Assembly: GCF_044704955.1 (NCBI RefSeq) | Contig: NC_091984.1 | Coordinates: 117,676,001-117,740,000 of the forward strand | From: Pristiophorus japonicus | Taxonomy: Eukaryota | DNA: 64,000 bases | Direction of reading: 5' to 3' | Shown here: positions 26,647 to 40,909 of the stretch, piece by piece | Layout: each line of letters opens with the position of its first letter | How positions within the stretch are numbered: position 1 is the first letter of the stretch | Position numbers and translations under genes: made by a program | Notes under the pieces: model-generated | Database searches by the model: none | Told to the model about the DNA's origin: nothing | The model's input: the letters and a program-made list of their open reading frames with translations, nothing else

Positions 26647-28264
26647 GGGAGTGAAATCGGACATGGGAGGAAGACACAAAAGGTGCGATATCACATCTGC
26701 CGATTGACTCATGTCTTGTCTGGTTCCACTGGCTTCATTAGAACTGAATATCGGGCAGGCGTATAACTACTGTAAGGTTCGAAAATCCACGGCCGCATTT
26801 TCTTTTGGAACACCCTAAGGACAAGAAAACTAATATGGGATCGTCCTATATATTATAAATGAACATTTTTGGCCAAGTAAAATCCTCAGACCAGGCAGGC
26901 TGGGAACCGTGTGGGCGGATACAGACATTATGGACCTGGCTCACAAGCGAGACAGAGGCACTGGCCAATGGGGGAAAAGTGCATTCTGGCAGGCCAATCA
27001 GGAGTCGAGTCGGGCCTGAAGCGGGGAAATCCTCAACCAATGGGGACTACCCGGCCCAGTTCGAAAATATGACTCACCCCTAATCAAATTATGAATGTGG
27101 ACCATCATCTACCTGATTAATATGGGCAGTGGACAATAGTCCTGAGATCACTGCGGTGATGGCCCATCAAAGGGGAGGCCCAAACCGATTGACTCCCAGG
27201 ACTATTACAATGGACCAGCAGACTTTGAGGCACCAATGTGCACTGAAACAATACCCCTGTCCTCACACCTACCTGTACCTGTGACATCTTCTGATTAAAT
27301 ATTCAAAGCTGTCTCCCCGCCCAAACTTACACAATGGACCACCAACTGAGTTTGGGCGCAAAAAGGCCAGAACTAAATTGGATACAAATATAGGACCTAC
27401 AGAACGTCCAGGAGGGGAGAAGCAGCTGGAGCAGTAGGAGAAGGAGTCGAGGAGCAGTAGCAGTTACAGACAGACAGAAACCGAGAGAGAACGGAGACGG
27501 ACTGTTACCGGCTGGGAAACTACCATCGAACGGGCCCTGGACTCGACTTGTGTGCAGAATATACAACCCAACTACCGGGAGGCTCAAGAAGCCGAGCCGC
27601 ACACCGAACAACGCTCCGAGGCCAACCAGCTGAAGAACCGGAGACCGAAGTAACTGGGAGAGGCAACATTCACTCCAGCTACCCCGTAAACCAACCATCC
27701 TAAGGCTAAAAAAATAACTGTCAAAAGGGATCGTAAGTATTATCCTGGGGTTTCTTTTCCTAACTGTCAGCCTCCGTCAGTCAGGTAAAAAGTGGGGTGG
27801 GGGTGGTGTTGGAAATGTCTTGTAAAGATAAAATTGTGTAAGGTTTTCGTTGTGTCCGTTTCTTCCCATAGATTTTCATAGTTTATAAGTGTGTGTCAGA
27901 TATGTGTTTTGATGAAGTTTGACCTTGTTGGAAACTTACCGTGGTTAATAAATTGGACTTACCGTTTTTTTCGTTCCAAGGTTTCCACTTGTCTCTGAGT
28001 GTTTTGTTTTCCCTTGTGGAAGCTCATAATCACCAAAATTCTGAGGTTAGAACCAGATAGGGGTGCGAGGGTACTTCGAAACCGCCAGTTTAGTGGTCAG
28101 CGAGCCATAAGCTGCAGGACTGTCCCCTAGAAGGGACAGAGAGGCCCAATACACCAACAGCCACCAAAGATCCCCGTAATTGGGCAAAGCAAAAAACCCC
28201 CTACACTGCCGGCTCATGCCATTCCGCTCATTTTGTGTCCCCGCTCATGTCGAATTTCACCCCC
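26647..28264. mobile_element. Harbinger-type MITE (about 180 bp) split by a solo LTR
   Basis: TIRs GGGAGTGAAATCGGACATG / CATGTCGAATTTCACCCCC; 3-bp TSD ATT (26644-26646, 28265-28267). Confidence 0.7.
26771..28205 (+). mobile_element. Solo LTR, 1435 bp
   Basis: TGTAAGG...CCCTACA termini; near-TSD CTAC/CTGC; CCAAT boxes at 26960-27040; AATAAA near 27947 followed by a GT-rich tract. Confidence 0.6.
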
Positions 28265-28495
28265 ATTATTTTTCCCACAGCCAATAGACGTGGGACAGAC
28301 ATCCTGAGAGAGCACTTTATGCTGTGCTCATTAACACCTTTAAAAATGAGGTCAGTGAATATCGACTGTGCAACTGGAATAAGGGTTATAAAAATTAATA
28401 TAGAGTGAGACAATAGAACTTTCTGAAGAAAATTATGGTTTCTTAACTGCTGATAGCTTGCAAATATCATCTTGAAGAAGGTAACTGAAAACTGT

Positions 28496-29230
28496 AAGGC
28501 CCGGCTTTTGCGGCAGGTAATGGCGGCAAACTATCCACCATTACCTTTGTGAAACTGACCGTAACTTCAGGATTTAGCATATGCGCATCTAAATGCAGAA
28601 TCCTGACATTGTCAGTCATTCCCTGCTCCACCACAGGCTGCGCTGTGAAGCTCCCCATAGCCAGCAATTAGTGAAATCAGTTGAACGGACGAAAACTTAA
28701 GTTTTTCCGTTGTAACATTACTGTGAAACACCCCATTAAAAGTTAAACCTTGTTAGAATAGGTGTAACTGGGATTTTAATGGTGTATTGATTGCTAAACA
28801 ACTGTTCTGGCCCTAAAAATACAAATGTTATATTTGTGGAATGTCAAATTTCTCTTGTATGATAGAAAATTATTAGATTTTTAAAATAATTTTAAAAATT
28901 AAAGTTTGTTTATGATATTTTAACTTCTACCTTAACCCCATGTGTATGCCCCAATCTTCATTTCTCTCTCTATAATTAAAAAAAATGAATTGAATCAGTG
29001 TTTTTTATTTCCTGGTTTGCTGGCTGCAAGAATTCTTCAATGTGATTGGTTGCTTAGACAGCTTGATGACATCACTGCTGCTCTGCACTGGAGATACCAG
29101 TTTGACAGCACTACAATCAATTTAATGTTGAAAACATTTAGGTTTTCGCCACAAGAGATCTCTGTGGGTAGCTTTCTTCAAGGTCAGCTGCAGTTGCCAT
29201 CGCTTCGCTGCTGACTGCAAATTCAGGGGA
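28496..29230. mobile_element. Probable Harbinger-like non-autonomous element
   Basis: Imperfect termini GGCCCGGCTTTTGCGG / CTGCAAAATTCAGGGG. Confidence 0.35.
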
Positions 29231-29861
29231 TTAAGCCATAGTGTCTTGCTAGAGGCTCCTCAATACGACAGGGCAAGCTGAGTAAGCCCACTTCCATGGG
29301 GCTCTTTTGCTTTTTCTTATTCTTCATCGTGAGTCAAAAGAAAACCATTATAATGGAACTGGCACATGTGACCTGGTGGGCTGTGAAGACAGAAGGAAAT
29401 AGGCAATGCACATAAAGGCCTTACAGGAAATGCTTAGTCATTGTAAAGATAGTGAGAGAACAGACCAGGAAAATTAGGAGCAGGAGTAGGCCCTTCGAGC
29501 CTGCTCCGCTATTCAGTAAGATCGTGGCTGAACTTCTACATCAACTCCACTTTCTCACCCTATCCCCATATCCCTTGATTCCCTTAGTTCCCAAAAATCT
29601 ATCGATCTCAGCCTTGAATATACTCATTAACTGAGCAGCCACAGCCCTCCGAGGTAGCGAATTCCTTAGATTCACAACCCTCTGAGTGAAGAAATTTCTT
29701 CTCATCCCAGTCCTAAATGGCCGACCCCTTATCCTGAGACTATGACACCTATTTCTAGACTCTCCAGCTGGGGGAAACAGTCTCAGCATCTACCCTGTCA
29801 AGCCCCCTAAGAATTTTATACATTTCAATGAGATCACCTCTCATTCTTCTGAACTCCAGAG

Positions 29862-32800
29862 TGTCATGTATTCAACCAGCATTGTAACCCATGTATAAAC
29901 TGACCTAAGTTGTACACCGTGAGAACACTGACCACTAGGTGGGAGACACTCCTAACCTGGACCTTCAGGTATAAAAGGGGACGCTCCACCCACCTTCATC
30001 ACTTGAGTGCTAAGGAATAAAGGACAGGTCACAGACTGACCTTCTCTCAAGCATGGGCCTCATGTGCATTTATACTGTGTAGCAAGGATGTATCAATGGC
30101 GACAAGAAACTGGGATTTAAACCACGCGAGCATGGCCACTAGCAGAACAGACGAGAGGTACTGTGTTAAGGAATGGGACAGAGATTCAACATTGTTAAAG
30201 CAGCACACAGTTCTCCAGGCAGACAAGGGCAGTCAGGCATGCCCCAACATGTAGTCGAACCCAGAGGGGGAGTTCAACAGAGACAATGGCAAGCTGAACA
30301 GCGATTCACGCCATTGCAAGGGACAATGCGGCCAGTAATGGGGCCATCAACATTTGTTAATGGTGCACTCAAGGACAATAACAGGGGCAGTCAGGGACGA
30401 TCGACTGGCAAGGGACCTTTTGTTTCAAACCGCAACTCATGCTGGAGGCATGGAGGCATACATTCAGCCGGAGTTTGCAGAGATGAGCAAAATACCTGCA
30501 GAAATTGCAGAAATGGACACTGGGCGAAATCGCTGGAAGCTGAAGTTCAGCGAGTTCATGTGGAGCACGTATACAGTTCATACACCAGGACGCCACCGAT
30601 AATTATGAAAATGCTCCTCAATGGCATCCCAGTATCAATGGAGTTAGACACGGGGGCCAGCCAGTCCCTGATGGGTATCAAACAGTTCAAAAAGTTGTGG
30701 GCATCCAAGGCCAGGTGGCCAAAATTATCGCCGATTGACGCACAGCTATGAACTTACACAAAGCAGATCATTCCGGTGCTAGGCAGCGCCACGGTAGTCG
30801 TGACCCACAAAGATTCGGAGAACAGGTTGCCACTCTGGATTGTCCCGGGGTACGGTCCCGCACTACTGGGGAGGAATTGGCTTGCTGTCATGAACTGGAA
30901 ATGGGGCGATGTCAATGCAATTACCTCTGTGGAGCGAGTATCATGCTCACAGGTCCTGGACAAATTTGACTCATTATTTCAACCCGGCATTGGCACTTTC
31001 ATAAGGGCCAAGGTAGTGATTCACATAAACCCGGACGCCAGACCAGTACACCACAAGGCCAGAGCGGTGCCGTACGTGATGCGGGCAAAGATAGAAGGCG
31101 AATTGGACTGCCTGTTGAGGGAAGGCATCATCTCGCCAGTCGAATTCAGTGACTGGGCGAGCCCGATTGTGCCGGTGCTCAAGGCGGATGGTTCGGTCAG
31201 GATATGTGGCGATTACAAGGCCACCATCAATCGGGTGTCACTCCAAGACCAGTACCCGCTACCGAGAGTGGAGGACCTCTTTGCGACGCTATCCGGTGGC
31301 AAACTTTTTTCAAAATTGGACCTGACCTCAGCTTACATGACCCAGGAGCTGGCAAGTGAGTCAAAGAAGCTGACCACCATCACGACACACAAGGGGTTGT
31401 TTGAGTACAACAGATGTCAGTTCGGGATTCGCTCGGCCGCCGCGATCTTCCAACGAAATATGGAAAACCTCCTCAAGTCGATTCCAGGGACGATGGTTTT
31501 TCAGGACGACATCCTCATTATGGGTTACGATACTGAAGAACACCTCCACAACCTGGAGGAGGTGCTACGCAGACTGGACTGGGTAGGTCTGCGACTGAAA
31601 AAGGCGAAGTGCGTCTTTCTAGCTCCAGAGGTAGAATTCCTGGGGATGAGGGTAGCAGCAGACGGGATCAGCCCTACTGCATCCAAGACGGAAGCGATCC
31701 AGAGAGCACCCAGACCCCATAACACGACGGAGCTGCGTTCGTTCCTGGGGCTCCTGAACTATTTTGGTAACTTCCTTCCCAAATTGAGCACGCTGCTAGA
31801 GCCGCTACACGTGATCCTACGCAAAGGTCGCGAATGGGTCTGGGGGGACAGCCAGGAAAGGGCTTTTAATAGAGCACGCAATTTGTTATGTTCCAACAAT
31901 CTGTTAACGCTATATGATCCATGTAAGAAACTTGTGTTAACGTGCGATGCGTCGTCCTATGGTGTCGGGTGTGTGTTGCAGCATGTCAATGCCAAGGGTC
32001 AGTTACAGCCGGTAGTTTATGCCTCCAGGAGTCTGTCCCAGGCAGAAAGGGGCTACGGGATGGTAGAAAAGGAGGCGCTCGCATGTGTATATGCGGTAAA
32101 GAAAATGCACCAGTACCTGTTTGACAGGAAATTTGAGCTGGAGACAGATCACAAACCCCTAACGTCCCTTTTGGCTGACAACAAGGCCATAAATGCAAAC
32201 GCATCGGCCCGCATACAGAGGTGGGCACTCACGTTAGCTGCCTATGACTACACAATTCGGCACAGACCGGGCATCGAAAACTGCGCCGATGCACTCAGCA
32301 GGCTCCCACTAGCCATCACTGAGGGGGCTACCGAGCATGGTGCTGAGATGGTCATGGCTGTTGAAGCTTTCGGAAGCGAACGCTCACCCGTGACAGCCCG
32401 TCAGATTAAAGTCTGGACAAATAGAGACCCGCTATTGTCTCTAGTCAAGAAATGTGTCCTGAATGGGGACTGGGCAGCCACGTTCAGGGCATGCCCTGCG
32501 AAATTTAAACCATTTCACAGGCGCAAGGATGAACTCTCAATTCAGGCCGATTGCCTACTGTGGGGAAACCATGTAGTCATGCCCCAGATGGGCAGAGAGG
32601 TGTTCATCAGAGAACTCCACAATGGGCACCCGGGCATTGTCACGATGAAGGCAATTGCCAGGTCACACGTTTGGTGGCCAGGGATAGACGCAGATCTGGA
32701 ACTTTGTGTTCGCAGGTGCAACACGTGTGCCCAGCTGGGCCATGTGCCCAGGGAAGCCCCCCTTAGCCCCTGGCCATGGCCCGCCAAGCCTTGGTCACGC

Positions 32801-33975
32801 ATCCATGTGGACTACGCAGGTCCTTTCATGGGGAAAATGTTTTTGGTAGACGCCTACTCCAAATGGATCGAGTGTGACATTTTAAATTCAAGCACATCCT
32901 CTGCCACGGTAGAAAGAATACGGGCAATGTTCGCCGCCCACGGTCTACCGGACATCTTGGTCAGCGACAATGGCCCGTGCTTCACAAGCACTGAATTCCA
33001 GGACTTCATGGCAGGCAATGGAATTAACCATGTTAGAACGGCACCGTTCAAGCCGGCCTCAAACGGCCAGGCAGAACGAGCAGTGCAGATAATCAAACAG
33101 GGGATGCTCAGATTCCAAGGGGGTTCCCTACAAACCCGCTTAGCACGCCTCCTGTTGGCCTATAGATCCCGACCACACTCGCTCACAGGGGTTCCACCCG
33201 CAGAGCTACTAATGAAAAGGATGCTCAAAACCCGGTTATCCATTATACACCCCACCATGAAAGAAATTGTCGAGAGCAGGCGCCAGTCACAATATCGCTA
33301 CCATGACAGGAATGCGAGGGCACGATGTATTGATGTAAATGATCCTGTTTTTGTCCTCAACTACGCTGCAGGGCCGAAATGGCTTGCAGGCACTGTGGTT
33401 GCCAAAGAGGGAAATAGGATTCTGGTAGTTAAACTTACCAATGGACAAATCTGCCGCAAACATGTGGATCAAACAAAAAGGAGGTTCAGCAACCCCATAG
33501 AAGAAGCAGAGGAAGAACATGATATAGAGTTCACTCCACCACAGGTGACCGAACACCGGAACCAAAGGGAGGAGAGCCCAGTCACTGTGGGTTGTCCGGA
33601 CAGGCCTGAGGCACCGCAAACAGCAGACACTCAGGCCTGCGCCCAACAACCGGAGCCCCAACTCAGGTGCTCTACAAGGGAGCGTAAACCACCAGAGAGA
33701 CTCAACCTGTGATCCCAATAAGACTTTGGGGGGGGAGGTGATGTCATGTATTCAACCAGCATTGTAACCCATGTATAAACTGACCTAAGTTGTACACCGT
33801 GAGAACACTGACCACTAGGTGGGAGGCACTCCTAACCTGGACCTTCAGGTATAAAAGGGGAAGCTCCACCCACCTTCATCACTTGAGTGCTAAGGAATAA
33901 AGGACAGGTCACAGACTGACCTTCTCTCAAGCATGGGCCTCGTGTGTATTTATACTGTGTAGCAAGGACGTATCA
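29862..33975 (+). mobile_element. Gypsy LTR retrotransposon copy B (young, gag-deleted)
   Basis: LTRs 29862-30095 and 33742-33975 (TG..CA, 5 differences in 234 bp); TSD CAGAG; PBS TGGCGACAAG; G-rich PPT at 33728-33741. Confidence 0.97.
30173..33712 (+). pseudogene. Gypsy Pol (PR LDTGAS, RT FQDD, RNase H, integrase) with one premature stop
   Basis: ORFs 30173-30751 and 30776-33712 share one frame, separated by a single TGA at 30749-30751 where copy A has an Arg codon. Confidence 0.93.
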
Positions 33976-36157
33976 CAGAGAATATAGGCTCAGTCTACTC
34001 AATCTCTCCTCATAGGACAGGCCTCTCATCCCAGGAATCAATCCAGTGAACCTTTGTTGCATTCCCTCTAAGGCAAGTATATCCTTCCTTAGGTAAGGAG
34101 ACCAAAACTGTACAGAGTAGTCCAGGTGTGGTCTCACCAAAGGCCTATATAAATGCAGCAAGACTTCCTTTCTCTCATATTCCAACCCCCTTGCAATAAA
34201 GGTCAACATACAATTTGCCTTCCTAAATGCTCGCTGTACCTGCATGCTAATTCTCTGTGATTTGTGTACAAGGACACCCAAATCCTTCTGCATATCAACA
34301 ATCAGGCAGTGTTTTAGAATGTAATTTAAAAAAAATGGGCTTTAAAAAATATTCCTTGATATATTTAAGAGTGTTATTTGGCGCAGTTTGATTAACACAG
34401 CTGACAATGGGTTTATCACAAAAATAAATATTTTTAATCAGTGTCAATCCACTACTTGTGAGTAACCCGATTTTATATAACTGTAAAAGACTTTAACCAT
34501 TTGCTATATTGGTGTACAGTAGTCAGTTTCTTGATAAATGAAACAAAATTATATATTCAAAAGCTTTGAAAACGATCCTATTAGTGTCCTTGCGCCGAAA
34601 AAAGTCAGGGTAATTTGAAGAACCTCGTCGAAGGCCAACAAACGGGCGTGATTTGCCAAAATGTGCAATGGTGATTAATTCGATCTGGGGGCATGACCAG
34701 TTTTGTGGGCGGGACCAGATTCTAGCACAATGTTTTTAAAATTAGCGCAAACAATCGTGGAATCTCGATTGGCGCTGGATGTAATTTGCACTCTTTTGCG
34801 CTGGTTTGGCCGATTTTCAGTGAATTGGACTGAAAAACCCCACAAACTAGCGGAAACTCCAGGCCGAATACTTTGATTGTCACCGAAAGAGAAACTTCCA
34901 GGTGGAATGTCAGACAGAGAAAGCAGTTGGTAATATTCCAATCCCACTTCCTTCTGTCTCCATCCATGGCAAAAATTATTCCCTACGTCATTTAAAACTG
35001 CACCTGCAAACTCCTAATTGTCTAGTCTTTGTCCTTCCATTCACCGTGATACTTCTGCAACTGCTGATTTGTGAACCAACATCTCCACCTTTGATGACTT
35101 TGACCCCAGCCAAATTTTAGCCAAACCAGCAGAAGATCTTGCTGGAGCATAACAAGCACTAACCGGTCCCATTCGCCCACTAGTCCAGGATCAACCCGGA
35201 GAGTAAAAGTAAACCCTGGCCTCTTTTGTCCACAACCAATTGTTTTCCCTGCCACCTCTACATTCACTTCCAACAACAAGTGCTAGAACCTTATGGACTT
35301 CTTTGTCACTAAGATTGAGACCATCCATTTAGCTGCCTCTGTTGCTTCCTCCCCTTTCTCTTTCCAACCAAGCCAAACCTCTGTCCAGGGTCCAACTTGC
35401 TCTAGTCCTGACTTTGCGTTTCTCTCTGGTTTCTTTCCCTTTTCCTTCAAGCCCTCTCCGAGGATATCTCATCCATGAGTCCCACCTCCTGCTCCTTTAC
35501 CCCCATTTCCATCAAACTGCTGACCACCCAACTCCACTTCCTGGTTCCCATGCTAGTGGACATTGTAAAAGATGCCCTCTCCTGAAGTATTGTCACCCTC
35601 CCTTCTTAAAAAAAACATCCTTGACCCATTTGTCCCAGTAAACTACTGCCCTTTCCCTTTCCATTCTAAAGTCTTTGAACGTGTCATCGCTTCCCACAAA
35701 TCCATGTTTGAATCTTTGCAATCAGGTTTCCGCCCTGCCACAACACTGAAACGGCCCTAATCAAGGTCACAAATGACATGCACGGGGACTGTGACTACAG
35801 TACACTGTCTCTCCTCATCGCCTTCTCTGTAGGCTTTGACACAGTTGGCCACACCGTCCTCCTCCTCTGTTGTTCAGCTCAGTGGAACATCCCTCACTTG
35901 GTTCCAGTTTTATCAATCAACTTATAGCAATGGTGCTGGATTTTGGGCTTTTTGGATTTTGGGACGTTAATCGTGGCGGGGCATTAAAGTTAGCGCCTGA
36001 AAATAGTTTGCGCCTCCGATTGCAAGTTTTGGCGAAAATGTAAGTTGGAGGAGCGTTGGCGTTAAGTCAGGCATTACACAACGGACTTTGTGCACCTGAG
36101 CCGAAACTTGCGTAAGAAGTCTCATTGTTGTTTAGTGCCCTGCAACATAACATTGTA

Positions 36158-36515
36158 CAGGTTGAACCTCCCTTAACCGGAACCCTCGGGACCTGGCCTG
36201 TTCTGGATAAGGGATTTTTCCGGACGAGGGGTGGTCACGTTAAATTGGGTGGTACAGGTACTGAGCAAGAGGATATTGGGGCTGGCTGGTTTGGGGCTGG
36301 AAGTGCATCAGAGAAATCATGGGGGTGGGTGGGGAGGGGGCGGTAGATCACAGGGACAGGCCAGCGATTGCGGGAGTCGGCAGTGAGGAAGCACTTCAAT
36401 TTGTTCAATTTGTTCATGTTGGAGTTCTACGCATGAGCCACCCTGTTGCCAGGAATGGTTCTGGACGAGTGGTCGTTCTGGATAAGGGAGTTTTGGATAG
36501 GAGAGGTTCAACCTG
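36158..36515. mobile_element. Tc1/mariner-pogo MITE
   Basis: Perfect TIR CAGGTTGAACCTC / GAGGTTCAACCTG flanked by TA on both sides. Confidence 0.9.
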
Positions 36516-39500
36516 TATAGTATATGGTTTTATTTTGGTAGGGGGTGTTTTTGTGACTTTGCTGCAGCAAAATCTATGACTCATCATTTGCCATTGTGTC
36601 TTGTGCATCATTCCAACGTTCACCGGAGATGTGCCTTTATGGGGGCACATAGTGTGTCCAGTATTAGCTCCATCCCTCAGTTTCCTCCATTTAGGAGAAC
36701 CGGTCCATTATGAGCTGGCGACATACGACTGTTGGTCCGGCAGCATCGCCATGCTGCCTCCCCCATGGATGGGGTGGCTATCCAATGGGGGCCTTGCCAG
36801 GCTCCTCTCCATCGTCCTGCTCCTCCTGAGGTGGGCCTGCAATTCCCACTGGCAATGCCTGACCCAACATGATGGCCAAGCACACCAGGCAACATGCAGC
36901 ACACCACAATGAATTTGGATACCTGTTGAGGGGAATATTGAAGGCTGCCTCCAGAGTGGTGCAGGCATGGGTCTGCCTGTAGGAGATGGCATATCTCTGT
37001 CAGCACTTCCTTTCAGAAGTGCAGCCATCTCACACACTGCTCCTCAGAGAGCTGGAGATCTGAGCGTTGGTGCCTGTAAGCCTGCGGGGAGTAAGCCCTC
37101 TTCCTCAGATGTCTTCGATCTCTCATTATCCATGGGCCGACATGGCCAAGAGTCCTTCCTCTAGCTTGACATCGCCTGGCAATAGCATGGAGCATGATAT
37201 GCTGGCAAACTATTAATGGCCCCATTAAATTCTCTCACTAAAGTTGTAAGGGCACTGTAATGGCAGATAAAAGTGAAGTTTTCAAGTTGGAGCTTCACAC
37301 AGCATTATGTGCGCAACGGTTGTAGTCAAAATGACCTAGAAACATAGAAACATAAAAATTAGGTGCAGGAGTAGGCCATTTGACCCTTCGAGCCTGCACC
37401 ACCATTCAATAAGATCATGGCTGATCATTCACATCAGTACCCCTTTCCTGCTTTCTCTCCATACCCCTTGATCCCCTTAGTCATAAGGGCCATATCTAAC
37501 TCCCTCTTGAATATATCCAATGAACTGGCATCAACAACTCTCTGCGGCAGGGAATTCCACAGGTTAACAACTCTCTGAGTGAAGAAGTTTCTCCTCATCT
37601 CAGTCCTAAATGGCCTACCACTTATCCTGCGTCCCCTGGTTCTGGACTTCCCCAACATCGGGAACATTCTACCCTATGGCATCTAACCTGTCCAGTCCCC
37701 TCAGAATCTTATATGTTTCTATGAGATCCCCTCTCATCCTTCTAAACTCCAGTGAATAAAGGCCCAGTTGATCCAGTCTCTCCTCATATGTCAGTCCTGC
37801 CATCCCAGGAATCAGTCTGGTGAACCTTCGCTGCACTCCCTCAATACCAAGAACGTCCTTCCTCAGATTAGGAGACCAAAACTGAACACAATATTCCAGG
37901 TGAGGCCTCACCAAGGCCCTGTACAACTGCAGTAAGACCTCCCTGCTCCTATACACAAATCCCCTAGCTATGAAGGCCAACATACCATTAGCCTTCTTCA
38001 CCACCTGCTGTACCTGTATGGCAACTTTCAATGACTGATGAACCATGACACCTCCCCTTTTCCTAATCTGCCGCCATTCAGATAATACTCTGTCTTCGCG
38101 TTTTTGCCCCCAAAGTGGATAACCTCACATTTATCCACATTATACTGCATCTGCCATGCATTTTCCCATTCACCTAACCTGTCCAAATCACCCGGCAGCC
38201 TCTTAGCATCCCCCTTACAGTTCACACCGCCACCCAATTTAGTGTCATCTGCAAACTTGGAGATATTACACTCAATTCCTTCATCCAAATCATTGATGTA
38301 TATTGTAAAGAGCTGGGGTCCCAGCACTCAACCCTGCGGCACTCCACTAGTCATTGCCTGCCATTCTGAAAAGGACCCGTTTATCCCGACTCTCTGCTTC
38401 CTGTCTGCCAGCCAGTTCCCTATCCACGTCAGTATATTACCCCCAATACCATGTGCTTTGATTTTGCACACCAATCTCTTGTGTGGGACCTTGTCAAAAG
38501 CCTTTTGAAAGTCCAAATACAACACATCCACTGGTTCTCCCTTGTCCGCTCTACTGGTTACATCCTCAAAAAATTCCAGAAGATTTGTCAAGCATGATTT
38601 CCCCTTCATAAATCCATGCTGACTTGGACCGATCCTGTCACTGCTTTCCAAATGCGCTGCTATTTCATCCTTAATAATTGATTCCAACATTTTCCCCACT
38701 ACTGATGTCAGGCTAACCGGTCTATAATTACCCGCTTTCTTTCTCCCTCCCTTTTTAACAAGTGGTGTTACATTAGCTACCCTCCAGTCCATAGGAACTG
38801 ATCCAGAGTTGATAGATTGTTGGAAAATAATCACCAATGCATCCACTATTTCTAGGGCCCCTTCCTTAAATGCTCTGGGATGCAGACTATCAGGTCCTAG
38901 GCATTTATCGGCCTTCAATCCCATCAATTTCCCTAACACAATTTCCCGCCTAATAAGGATATCCTTCAGTTCCTCTGTCGAAATCTCGACCTCAGAAAAG
39001 AATGACTCCGACACTTACAGCTCCGATAGAAGTTTCCCTTTTAATTTACTTGCTCGCAAGGGGTAGGTTTCACTCAGTCAAGGGCTAAATGAACACCTCC
39101 GCAATGGTACAGCTTCACAAGATATTTATACAGTAAAACCCAAGTTCTGGCCTCTCCCTGTGTATTGCTCTGTCTCACAGTCAGTGAATACAGATAAAGA
39201 GTTAATTACTATATCCTGGTCCTGACATGGTGTCAAGATATTTCCTTTTGTCAGGGTTATCAGAAAGCCAAACGGCCATTACTCCATGAGTCATAGGTAA
39301 TGGGCTATCACCTGTCTTGTATTGTGTCAGGATTATCCAATTTCCTGGTCAGTTTACCTGTTTGCTTCAAATGGATGAGGTAAAGGAAAGAGATAATGGC
39401 TAGAAGATAAGGGTGGGGTGACATGGAACTCCTGTAGTGTAGACAATAGGAGAGCACCATGGGGGGTTACTTGTCTCAGCATGACTTGTCTCCTAGCTGT

Positions 39501-39683
39501 CTGATAACCATCAGCCATCTAACAGCAGGTTTAGCTGTTTATGCAAGCTGGCTGCTAAAATGCAGAAAGTTCTGGAAGGGCCAGGACTCCATTTTAATCA
39601 AAAGGCACACAAATACCGTATGGTATCAGCTTAGATAAAAATACTTTTCCACATTCCCCCATTTTGTCCTTCACAAGGACAAC

Positions 39684-40900
39684 TCAATCCATTCTGATCT
39701 TGTACAGTCTCTCCATTTCCATTTCTACACAAGAGCCTTCAGCAGTTGTTGCTACCATAACTCTAGCCGTGGTCTCGGTAGGTAACATAGTTTCTCCAAC
39801 CCTGGCACAGCAACACTTAATGACGACAAATAATAGATACAGGGCGAAGACTATCAGCAGGAATATGATCAAACCCTGTACCACAGATTTCCCCAGGGCT
39901 CCCAACCATCCTGATGCCCAACCCCACAAGGTGATACCGTCCTGGCCAACTGTCTGTTTATACTCTATTACCTTTTTCCTGATTTATCCCTTCAAAGGCT
40001 TGGGAAGTTGCTGATTCTACTAAGTTAGCCAGTTCCCGTAACTGCCATTCGGTCGATGCTATTCCATAGGGTGGCACCATTACCTTGAATATTCCGTTTA
40101 GCCACGTCAAATCCCGTTTAAATCTGTGGCTTCCATAGGCCTCCCTTAGAGTCCTTACTGATCTGATAAGGGGTACCACATATCCTAAGTAACAGGACCC
40201 TGTCCAGTTGGCTGGTAACCATGGGTAGGCTTTATGGCCACAAATAAAGTAGGTGCAATTATAGGACGTCAGCTCCTGGTCCTTTCGCACTGTCCCTACT
40301 CGAGTGGTCTCACCTTCCCACCCTTCACCTGGGGCTTTGTTATGGACCGTTGTCCAGCCAACGGTTGCTATCTTTCTCTCAGTGGGATTAGTTGTGGCTT
40401 GCCATTTAATCATTTGGGAACACTTGCTGCGTCCCATTTCTGGTCCTTTTGTCTCATTACTCACTAGGCATATTATACCCTCAGGATTTCTTATTCTGGG
40501 AGTAATGCTTAGGAAGGGAGGCTGATGGTTATTATCATAATTGGGCTGGTACCATCCCTGGAAGGCTGTAAGTTTATACCCTGCCGACCTCCATTCTGTT
40601 TGCTCCTTCGTTTCTGGCCCCTTAGTTAGTTTTGTCCTGTTTTGCACTGTCAACCATTCTACCATTTCTGATTCGTTAAAGGGGACGGATCTCAGGGGAA
40701 TACCCCCCTGGAGTGGACAGGTACATGGGAACATATCCAACAACTCGACAAGTTTCTTTCTTGAGCATACCTATGACTCAGTGCCATAAATACGTTTACG
40801 TGCAATTCCCTTCGGTGGTGGGTCTGTACCCCTGGTGTAATCAATAATGCGAAGTAAAACCCTGTCAAGCCCAGCACCATCAGTCCCCATAGTCCATACA
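39684..40900 (-). pseudogene. ERV env remnant (gamma-type)
   Basis: Hydrophobic leader, CWIC (CXXC), WLPANWTGSCYLG, furin site RFKR, fusion peptide, TM anchor; ISD/CX6CC region absent; frameshifted. Confidence 0.85.
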
Positions 40901-40909
40901 GTTCCTTAT

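Larger units (their letters stand above)
29468..34295 (-). mobile_element. 5'-truncated CR1 LINE interrupted by Gypsy copy B
   Basis: ORFs 29541-29789 and 33973-34293 join across the CAGAG TSD. Confidence 0.9.
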
